From the NCBI GenBank assembly GCA_964016885.1, contig OZ024750.1:15996001-16060000 (forward strand): a stretch of 64,000 nucleotides of DNA, written 5' to 3'. Positions 53,083-64,000 of the stretch are shown here, one piece after another; the stretch's first letter is position 1, and the number at the start of each line of letters is the position of its first letter. The DNA is from Eledone cirrhosa (taxonomy: Eukaryota). A program made the translations under genes and the position numbers. The notes under the pieces are model-generated. The model was not told the DNA's origin. It saw only the letters and a program-made list of their open reading frames with translations, and searched no databases.

Positions 53083-54717
53083 AATCTGTATCTCTACTAT
53101 TACTGGCTAATATATTGATTAGCTCAGAAACCAATAAATTGTGTAACGAAATTAAAAGCCATGAAATCTAATATGTTCTGTTGATTTAATTGCAACATAT
53201 TTTCATATTGTTAAATCATATTGATAAAACAGACAGAAAAAAACCACTTTTGATGTTAAAAGTATATTGCACTTGTTGACTGAGGAAATATTTTACAACA
53301 ACAGGCTAATATGGCTAACATGGCAACAAATTAGTTGAATTGCTACAGCCAGTGATTAAATGCTTTGCAGTATTTGTACTAATGTACATATTTGTACCTA
53401 TATATCCTGAGTTTAACCCTTTGGCATTTAAACTGGCCATATCCGGCCAAGATTCTCTCACCTCTTTCTGTTCAAACCGGCTGTAACTAGCCAACTATAG
53501 TAGACCTGCATCTCGCATGGTTTTCAATAGTACAGTTTTAAATATATACGATTGGTAAATATTTAAAAAAAAAAATAAATAAATAAAAAAAAAAATAAAA
53601 ATAAAAAAAATCACAAAAGAAATGTGTAAAATAATCAACGCCCTGTTCCACTGAAACTGCATCCTCTAATGTAGAGGACAAAACTCTAGCAACTTCTACC
53701 ATAACTTTCATTCGTTTTCTCAAGCTCCAGAGAATCTGGTGTTATGCCTCGTCATTAACATAAACAGTTTTTTGAATATCTATACATATACATATGGTTA
53801 AGAAGTTTGCTTCAATCATTAGGTCCTTGATTCTATCCTACATGCCATGTGAATGAAATTGGGTAGATGGGAGTACATTGGAAGCCCGTCAAATGGGTTC
53901 TACCTATAATTCAAAGGGCCTCGCCTTGTCATATACCGTATCATGCTCAACCTCCCTGAAAATTATATTAAGAGTACACGTGTCTAAGGAATACTCACTT
54001 ACACATTAATTTCACAAGCAGGTTATTCCATTGGTTGAACAATTGGAACACTCATCATCAAAACCAATGGATGGTCCATGTCATACAGACAGATATACAG
54101 ACACACACACACACATTATATATATATCATCATCATCACCGTTTTACATCTGTTCTTCCACGCTAGCATGGGTTAGACGGGTTGTCCTGTTGTGGGCAGT
54201 GTCCGGTTGACTGACCTTGTCTTGCTCATACGGAGACTGATTCTGGCTTGATTTCTACAGCTGGAAGCCCTTCCTAACACCAACCTCATTTACAGTAGCG
54301 CCTACACATCCACTTTACAGTGTGGGCTGGGTGCTTTTTTGCCGTGGCACCTCCACGACCACTTTGCAGTGGAATGATAGGGACCCCAGTCCTATCATCT
54401 CATTTCTACAGCTGAGTAAACTGGAGCAATGTGAAATAAAGTGTCTTGCTCAAGGAAACAACACATCACCCGGTCCGAGAATTGAACTCTCAACCTTTTG
54501 ATTGCAAGCCCAATGCTCTAACCACTAAGCCATGTGCCTTCACACATATATATATATATGATGCCAACACAAGAGCAAGAACGATGTGGTCATTCTACTC
54601 ACATGGCTTAAGAGGCTGTTTGCATAACTGCAAACAAATCGAACATTATCAATAATATTCGAAAAACTCAGATTTACATTTCTTGTATTCAGCCATGTAG
54701 AATGATAAAACTATTTG

Positions 54718-54757
<40 letters not shown>

Positions 54758-54759
<2 letters not shown>

Positions 54760-55010
54760 TGAAACAAACTACCTGCATCAGTTGTTAGCTGCAAGACACT
54801 GCATCCTTTAAAACCTCCATGCTTCCTGAAATTCGCCAACACTACCCCTGATATCCCCCTCCATACACACGCACACATGTATATCATGACCCATACACTG
54901 TTCACTTTCCTGACATTTGTACATTATTCTATGTACTATACATGCACCTTTTGTGAGTTGTAGTGCATCTGAGCACTGTACACAATAATTTCATTATTAT
55001 TATTATTATT
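54758..55010 (+). mobile_element. CR1/L2-type LINE 3' end
   Basis: Translates as (W)NKLPASVVS...ASFKTSML, matching the 'WNxLP..VV...SFK' terminal motif, followed by a short UTR and an (ATT)n tail. Confidence 0.65.
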
Positions 55011-55637
55011 ATATATAAATTACGCATACAAACTAATCAAGGAGCAGGGATAAAGATTAGTTCTGAGAATGTTAAGCCAGTACTGTGGGGGACAGTGTGC
55101 TCAATGTGTATTAGATGCAAGACAAGTGAACAATGTGAGTAAGCCAGAGAAGTAATGTCAAGCAAAAAATTGTATAAGCAGAGCAATAATATATATACAC
55201 ATTAAAAACACATGCATATATATGTTATCAATGGTCCAGAACCATCTTTAAATATCAGAATTTTTAGTGCTTATCTCTTAAAAACGGAAGGCTCTAGATC
55301 TTTCTTCAAATGTATTCCAAACCATCTGCCAGTTCTTTTACCATTTCTATCAAGACTGATAACCTTGGACGTCACCATTCTATTCTACAATGGCCATTTT
55401 ATATGCTACAATTTAGCAATAGCAGCTGCTATGATAATTCAGTCAGTTGCTATTGGTAGAGTAATAGGATCCAAGAAGCATTATTTGTAAAACCTTCAAA
55501 CCTTCACACATGCTAAAAGCACTTTTGACATGAGTGACAGCAAAACTGTGTCAGTAAGGTCGACTTTCTTTTATTATTGGTATTATTTAGATTAATATAC
55601 AAAAGCTCAAAACTTTGACATTTCGTCCTAGTTTCAC

Positions 55638-55865
55638 TTAACCCTTTAGCATTTAAACCGGCCATATATGGCCAGAATTATCTCACCTCTTTCTGTTCAA
55701 ACCAGCCGTAACTGGCAACTCATACTGATGTTAAAGTATTGTTCTCAAAATAAATAATATCAAAATCTCATAGATTCTATATCATAAGAGATATTATGTG
55801 AGATAAAGCCTTTACCACAGAAATACAATAGTATATATAGAGTAATGTAAATGCTAAAGGGTTAA
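55638..55865. mobile_element. piggyBac-type MITE family 1, complete copy
   Basis: Perfect TIRs CCCTTTAGCATTTA and TTAA duplication. Confidence 0.85.
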
Positions 55866-56874
55866 CCATTTCAATACCAAAACACCTATGCGTTAGCCAA
55901 AACCCCTAATTTTAAAGATTTTTCTCTTTTATTCTTTTACTGATCTCAGGTATTGAATTGCAGCCATGCTAGGGATTTCAAGGGATTTAGTCAAGCAAGG
56001 AAAGCAATTTCACTTAACACATTTGATACTAAATACTAAACTGCATTTGATGGTTCCAGTTCTTAGCTAAAAACTCACCATCATCATCGCTTTACATACA
56101 GTTATGATGTTTTTGTTGTCTATAATATTGTTTGTGGTGTTTTGTGGTATGCTATGTTGTCCTATGTGTGTTATGTTGTTCATATGAAAACCTCTCTAGT
56201 GCTGGTGCCATGATAAAGTGCACTCAATACATTCTATGAAGTGTTAGTGTTGGTGCCACAATACACTCTGTAAAGTGGTTGGTGTTAGGAGAGCATTTGG
56301 CCATAGAAAGTATACTAAATATAGAATGCATGAGCAAGATGAGGTCTCTCAAACTTCTTTAGTCTCAGATATGTGACAACCCATCCAACTCATGCCAGAT
56401 TGGAAAGCAGACATAAAATGATGATGATAATTATGTGCGTGTGTGTGTGTGTGTTTATGTATATATGCCTATGTATGTATGTCTGTGCATATATATTTAT
56501 GTAAGTAAGTATGTATGTATGTATTATAGAATAAAAAGCTGAAATAATTGAAAAGTTATTTTTCAGGAGAAAATATATAAATTAATGGCATATTTATAGA
56601 GTTAAGGTAAATAAAAAATAAGGTAATATGAACTGAAAGATAAACAAACCAAAATATAGTTTTGGAAGTTGATTCAACACCACCATTCTTATACAATGCA
56701 ACAACACCAACACCACCACCACCACCACCACAATTACTTTTCTTATTTTATACAACTGAAACAGGCAACAACTAATAATACTACTATTCTTATATAACAA
56801 CAGCTATTACAACCATAACTATATTACTTTTCTTATACTATTAAAATAGGCAACTATTACTTTTATATAACTAC

Positions 56875-58052
56875 AACAGTGGTTACCACTAATACGAATA
56901 TATATAACTATAACAGTGGTACCACTAACACTAATATATCTACATTGTAGTACCATTAACACTAATATATACCCCAGACTGTGGTACCACTAACACTAAT
57001 ATATCTACATTGTAGTACCATTAACACTAATATATACCCCAGACTGTGGTACCACTAACACTAATATATCTACATTGTAGTACCATTAACACTAATATAT
57101 ACCACAGACTGTGGTACCACTAACACTAATATATCTACATTGTAGTACCATTAACACTAATATATACCCCAGACTGTGGTACCATTAACACTAATATAAA
57201 TCCTGCACTGTAGTACCATTAACACTAATATATACCCCAGACTGTGGTACCACTAACACTAATATAAATCCTGCACTGTAATACCATTAACACTAATATA
57301 TACCCCAGACTGTGGTACCATTAACACTAATATATAGCCACACTGTGGTACCATTAACACTAATACATTCCTCACAATGCGGTACCATTAACACTAATAT
57401 ATACCCCAGACTGTGGTACCATTAACACTAATACATTCCTCACAATGTGGTACCATTAACACTATATATACCCTACAATGGGGTACCATTAACACTATAT
57501 ATACCTCACAATGCGGTACCTTTAACACTATATATACCCTACAATGTGGTACCATTAACACTATATATACCCTACAATGTGGTACCATTAACACTAATAT
57601 ATACCCTACAATGTGGTACCATTAACACTATATATACCCTACAATGTGGTACCATTAACACTATATATACCCTACAATGTGGTACCATTAACACTATATA
57701 TACCCTACAATGTGGTACCATTAACACTATATATACCCTACAATGTGGTACCATTAACACTAATATATACCCTACAATGTGGTACCATTAACACTATATA
57801 TACCCTACAATGTGGTACCATTAACACTAATATATACCTCACATTCTGACACCATTAATATATACCCTACAATGTGGTACCATTAACACTAATATATACC
57901 CTACAATGTGGTACCATTAACACTAATATATACCCTACAATGTGGTACCATTAACACTATATATACCCTACAATGTGGTACCATTAACACTAATATATAC
58001 CTCACATTCTGACACCATTAATATATACTCTACACAGTGGCATCATTAACAC
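56875..58052. repeat. 33-34-bp minisatellite TGTGGTACCATTAACACTA(A)TATATACCCTACAA
   Basis: Direct tandem array, with alternating dimer units in the left part. Confidence 0.95.
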
Positions 58053-58299
58053 TGATCTTTCTTTCCATTACTTGTACTATCTGATGATTGCAACTCCTCG
58101 TAAAAGTAAGGAGCCGATCATCAGACTGGATAAAGGAAACCATGTCTCCATTAGTCTTTCCTTTGCTAATACTATCTGCCAGTCATATCTCCTGGAGAGT
58201 GTATAAAGAGTCTACAAGAAACTAAGGCATACTAATGGCTAATTACCAGCATTTTTATGACAGTACTTTATAGAAATTATACAGTGATATGTTTTGAAG

Positions 58300-58841
58300 A
58301 TAAACAGATACAACATTATGATATACATTATAAACTATAACAGATATAACATTAGAATATGTACTATAAACTATAACAGATATAACATTAGAATATGTAC
58401 TATAAACTATAACAGATATAACATTAGAATATGTACTATAAACTATAACAGATATAACATTAGAATATGTACTATAAACTATAATAGATATAACATTAGA
58501 ATATGTACTATAAACTATAATAGATATAACATTAGAATATGTACTATAAACTATAACAGATATAACATTAGAATATGTACTATAAACTATAATAGATATA
58601 ACATTAGAATATAAACTATAAACTATAATAGATATAACATTAGAATATGTACTATAAACTATAACAGATATAACATTAGAATATGTACTATAAACTATAA
58701 TATATATAACATTAGAATATAAACTATAAACTATAATAGATATAACATTAGAATATGTACTATAAACTATAACAGATATAACATTAGAATATGTACTATA
58801 AACTATAATATATATAACATTAGAATATAAACTATAAACTA
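58300..58841. repeat. 36-bp minisatellite TATAACATTAGAATATGTACTATAAACTATAAYAGA
   Basis: Direct tandem array. Confidence 0.95.
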
Positions 58842-60029
58842 GCCAGCAAGAGTTCTGAAATATTAAACTATTTTTTTTATTTACACATGATTTTGTATGT
58901 TTTATGATTGAGAGCCAGTCATGTATTGTTTTATATAATCTTGCACACTTGAGAGATATGAGGTTACATATCAACCTGTGTCCACATATAGTCACCTTGG
59001 CACCCTACATGTGACTCTATGCAGAGAGTCACATGTTATCAACTTAGTTAACCCTATCCATTGTTAAACACTGGGCCATGCTGAATACAACAACTGTTTT
59101 AAGGTTATCTTCCTTGCTAAAGCAGGGAAGACAATCTTGTGGGCCCCATGACAAGCTTTATATTCATCAAGGGATCCTTTTGAAGGCAATGGCTGAATGA
59201 CATTACTGGGGTATGGTGACATACAGGGGTATGGTGTACTTATTTTAAACTAGATCCACACAGCAATGGGTAATGCTGAATCGCCTTGGCAATAATGTTA
59301 AAGGGATATTGTTCTCAAAATAAATAACATCAAAATCTCATAGATTCGATATTATGTAGATAATTATGTGAGATAAAGCCTTTACCACAAAAATACAAAA
59401 GTATATATAGTGTAATATAAATGCTAAAGGGTTAGGTTATATTCAAAACAAACTTAATAATGATAAAAGTAGTTGCATCAGTAAATATATCCAAATGTTT
59501 TCCTATTTTCAAAATGATTTGAAAACCATAGACAGTGTCTTTCATTAGAAATATCGTAACAAAAGGTTTAAGTAATAATCTTATATTACTTAGTCCTATT
59601 TATCTATCAGCTACAACAAAGTTATTGGAAGAATTCCCTTTGAATTGCTTTCAACTATTTCAATTAGACTGATAAAACAAAATTACATATTCAGTTATTT
59701 CTTTAAATTGCTATTCAAAGATTAGATAAAAGATAAAGGCCACTGAGTGTTTAGGGTGAAAGTTAGATGTTACATTCACCTTGTAACAGATATTTCAGCT
59801 CTTGTAATATACAATGATACCTAAATAGACCTTCTCATACAATAACACCCCTCATATACAATAACTCAGAGCCCCAACCCTCCTCATAAAACATCATTAT
59901 ATTACAATTGTCATCAGAATGGGTCACCTAGATGTCTTGGTTAATGTATGACTAAAATATTTGTTACATGATGAAAACAGGGTTGGTAAAAATCAGCGCT
60001 TGGCCTTGTGAAGATTTAAAAAAAAAAAA

Positions 60030-60248
60030 CCCTTTAGTATTTAGACCAGTCATATCTGGCTAGAATTCTCTCACTTTCTGTTCAAACTGGCTATAACTGG
60101 CCCCTCATACCGACTTTAAGGTATTGTTTTCAAAATAAATATCAAAGTCTCTTAGATTCAATATTATGTGAGATAATTATGTGAGGTAAAGCCTTTACAG
60201 TGAAAATATAATAGTATATATAGAGTAATGTAAATGCTAAAGGGTTAA
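60030..60248. mobile_element. piggyBac-type MITE family 1
   Basis: CCCTTTAGTATTTA ... TAAATGCTAAAGGG|TTAA. Confidence 0.8.
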
Positions 60249-60837
60249 AGGTTGTTCCTTTATCAAATTAGATGTCAGATTAATATATCATCACTTCTTT
60301 AGCAGAAACACTAATAAAGAGAGGCTAGGTAGCTTTTCATTCTAGGACTAGTATTTCATAAAATCTTTCATTAAATAACTCTTAACATCCTGTAAAGATG
60401 TAACAGAAAATATCTAAATACAGGTTTCTTACTTCAAATGTTTATATTTCCAATAGAGGACAGATCATTGCAAAATAATTGCAGTGTTAAGATAAAGACT
60501 TTGATTTTCAATGTGATGCAGTCATAGTACTATTTTGTACTTTACTGTCTTTCTAATGTATTAGGTTCAAGTATGAAATTTGTAAAAATTTGCAGAAAAA
60601 AAACAAATTTCTACAAATTTCATACTTGACGACCCAATAGTTTCATGTGGTTTGTTAATTCAAATGTTTATAATATCTTTATTAATGGTCAGGTCATGGT
60701 GGAAATTTGCAGTTTTAGAGTAAAAACTTTAATGTTTACAGTGATGCAGCCATAGTCCTGTTTTGTACTTTTCTTCTAAAATGTCTTGCTAATGCAACAT
60801 GTTACAGGTAAGACCATATCCATATAAATACAACAGT

Positions 60838-61205
60838 TTCTCTCCCTCTCTATCTATCTATCTCTCCCTTCCTCCCTCTCTATCTATCCATCTATGTGTC
60901 TCCCTTCCTCCCTCTTTCTCTCTCTATCCATCTATATGTCTCCCTTCCTCCCTCTCTCTATCCATCTATATGTCTCCCTTCCTCTCTCTCCCTCTCTCTC
61001 TCTCTCTATCCATCTATATGTCTCCATCCCTATCCCTCTCTATCCAAATATGTCTCTCCCTTCCATATATGTGTCTCCCTTCCTCCCTCCCTCTCTATGT
61101 CTCTTCCTTCCTCCCTCCCTCTCTATCTATGTCTCTTCCTTCCTCCCTCTCTATCCATCTATGTATCTCCCTCCCTCCCTCCCTCCCCATCCATCTATAT
61201 ATGTG
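60838..61205. repeat. CT-rich compound repeat
   Basis: Direct observation. Confidence 0.9.
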
Positions 61206-61265
61206 TGTATTGTAAGCATTTTAATCAATCTTCCTTTTAAAAGGTAGTTGTTTAGTTGGGCTACA

Positions 61266-61299
<34 letters not shown>

Positions 61300-61571
61300 C
61301 ACACACACACTAAATAATCAATAAGAAATCAATTATATTCAATACACTGCCAAATAAACCAATAAAAGCATAACAACAAACACAACAACATACCCTCCTC
61401 CCCAGATTTGCTGCAACAAACACACAACGCACATACAACACGTCTACCACCACCACCACCACACACCTTCATCCCCACCACCACAAACAACAACAACAGC
61501 AACACCAGTAATGAGGAAGCCAATTGTGTATTTAAATCATTTTAATGGAACAAAGGTAATTAAAAAAAATA

Positions 61572-63155
61572 TTACTACTGCCACTACTACACTACAACAG
61601 CAACACCAACTACTACTACCACTACCACCACCACCACCACCACCACCAATACTACTACAACAACAGCAACACCAACTACTACTACCACTACCACCACCGC
61701 TACTACCACCACCACCACCACTACTACTACTACAACAACAGCAACACCAACTACTACTACCACTACCGCTACTACCACCACCACCACTACTACTACTACT
61801 ACTGCAACACCACCACCAACAACAACACCAACTACTACTACCACCACCACCACCACCGCTACTACCACCACTACTACGACAGCAACACCACCAACTACTA
61901 CTACCACTACCACCACCACCACCGCTACTACCACCACTACTACGACAGCAACACCACCAACAACAACACCAACTACTACTACCACAACTACTAACACCAC
62001 CGCTACTACCACCACCAACTACAACCACCACCACCGCTACTACCACCACCACTACTACTGCCACTACTACAACAGCAACACCACCAACAACAACACCAAC
62101 TACTACCACCACCACCACCACAGCAACACCACCAACAACAACACCAACTACCACTACCACCACTACTACCACCATCACTACTACTGCCACTACTACAACA
62201 GCAACACCACCAACAACAACACCAACTACTACTACCACCACCACTACCACACTACCATCACCACTACTACTACAGCAACAACAACTACTACTACAACAGC
62301 AACACCACCAACAACAACGACAGCAACAACAACTACTACTACTACTACTACTACTACACCACCAACAACGACAGCAACACCAACTACTACTACACCAACA
62401 ACAACTACTACTACAACTACAACAACTACTATTATTATCAATTTAAGAATCAATTACAGGAAAGTCAATATGAGAAAGAGCCCCCCCCCCTCATCACCAC
62501 TATCACCTATACTGTTCCTCCACCCCTACTATTACCACCACCACTATTGACTATACTGCTCTCCCCCCACCACTACTACTGCCAACACCACACCCCCGCC
62601 ACCAACTTTATCAATAACCCGTGCACCACCACCACTACTACCAATAACCCACCACCACCACTATCATCAATAACCCACCACCACCACTACTACCAATAAC
62701 CCCACCACCACCACTACTACTATCAATAACCCCTGCACCACCACCACCACCACTATTATCAATAACCCCACCACCACCACCACTATTATCAATAACCCCA
62801 CCACCACCACCACCACCACCATCAATACCCCCCCCCCCGCCACTATTATCAATAACCCCCCCCCCCACACACACACCACTATTATCAGTAACCCCACCAC
62901 CACCACCACTACTATCAATAACCCCAACCCCACCACCACCACCAACACCACTACCAATAACCCTACCACCACCACTACTATCAATAACCCTACCACCACC
63001 ACTACTATCAATAACCCTACCACCACCACCACTACTATCAATAACCCCACCACCACCACCACCACTATTATCAATAACCCCACCAACACCACTATTATCA
63101 ATAATCCTACCACCACACCACTACAACTATTGCTAATACCACCACTATTATCCAT
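61572..63155. repeat. (CAC/TAC/CAA)n compound repeats, the right part punctuated by TATCAATAACCC
   Basis: Direct observation. Confidence 0.9.
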
Positions 63156-63443
63156 AACAAATCTACCCATTTCAAAGGGTGCCTATTTAAAATAAACTTT
63201 ACCAACATAATTTCATATAAGAACCATATATTAAGTTACTATCTTAGTAACAAAATAACTAGTAAATCCCTCAAATTTTTTATTAATTAATTGAAAGAGT
63301 TTATTTCCTTCGAAACATGGTCACAAAAGGTTAAATATTTACACAGATTAGCACCAACAATCAAACCATTTTACAGTAGTGATAAGCTCAGATATTCTAC
63401 GCAACAGAATTTCACTAGACATACATGTACATATTTCACTTAC

Positions 63444-63478
63444 GAGCAAATAAATGAGCTTCTACACAGTTGCTTCAC
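63444..63478 (-). other. Candidate 35-nt microexon (open only as VKQLCRSSFIC-, phase 0 to phase 2, or non-coding)
   Basis: Strong acceptor ctgctttttctaacag|G and strong donor CTC|GTAAGT flank a unique 35-nt segment. Confidence 0.4.
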
Positions 63479-63505
63479 CTGTTAGAAAAAGCAGTTAAAT
63501 ATTCC

Positions 63506-63775
63506 TTAACCCATTGGCATTTACATTACTCTATATTTACTATTATATTTTCATGGTAAAGGCTTTACCTCATATAATTATCTCACATAATATAGAATCT
63601 ATGAGATTTTGATATTTATTTTGAGAACAATACCTTAACATCAATATGAGTGGCCAGTTACAGCCGGTTTGAACAGAAAGATGGGAGAAAATTCTGGCTG
63701 GATACAGCTGGTTTGAACAGAAAGATGGGAGAAAATTCTGGCTGGATACAGCCGGTTTAAATGCGAAAGGGTTAA
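63506..63775. mobile_element. piggyBac-type MITE family 1 with an internal 44-bp tandem duplication
   Basis: TTAA on both sides; ACAGCYGGTTTGAACAGAAAGATGGGAGAAAATTCTGGCTGGAT occurs twice. Confidence 0.8.
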
Positions 63776-64000
63776 CCATTTTGTTGTCATTTCTAATGAA
63801 AGGCACTGCTCATGATTTTCAAAGAATTTAAAAAATAATAATTAAGAATTTGGAGGAATTTAATAAATAACTAACCTTCTCATTACTTAGTTGGTGTTTG
63901 GGACATAGCATAACAAAGGTTTTTACATAAAAGTATAAAGGAAGGTTTTTATATGAATATAAACACCATAACCTATTTGCCACCATATTTCTCATGAATG

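Noticed and set aside
58080-58125. Hairpin with CTGATGA on both strands
   Set aside because: No GAAA or NUH arrangement; resembles the family-B SINE tail hairpin.
56875-58841. 33-36-bp repeats of CRISPR-like length
   Set aside because: Contiguous tandem units with no unique spacers, no cas genes and a eukaryotic context.
61511-62446. Pro/Thr/Gln-rich 311-aa ORF
   Set aside because: Trinucleotide-repeat translation, open on both strands.

Overview
Eukaryotic, very AT-rich, repeat-dense DNA. The SINE and RTE-tail motifs suggest a coleoid cephalopod such as Octopus; this is recognition from memory, not a database result. There is no complete gene. Nearly all long ORFs in the supplied track are translations of microsatellites or minisatellites. 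The window reads best as the 5' region and large introns of one minus-strand gene. Candidate small exons lie at about 63.4, 38.6, 26.1-26.3, 15.0-15.4, 9.75-10.16 and 6.4 kb; three carry an ATG and end in phase 0. Two CpG-retaining promoter-like zones lie at about 13-17 and 40.5-43 kb. The rest is tRNA-head SINEs, truncated RTE and CR1/L2 LINEs, Helitron helicase relics, and piggyBac-, hAT- and Tc1/mariner-type MITEs, often nested. The most notable signal is a set of small foldback elements embedded in (TA)n tracts that carry type I hammerhead ribozyme motifs. These include a ~300-bp palindrome encoding a complete hammerhead on each strand (17421-17720), a second unrelated complete hammerhead (45415-45470), several decayed ones, and a hairpin family whose loop is flipped between copies.
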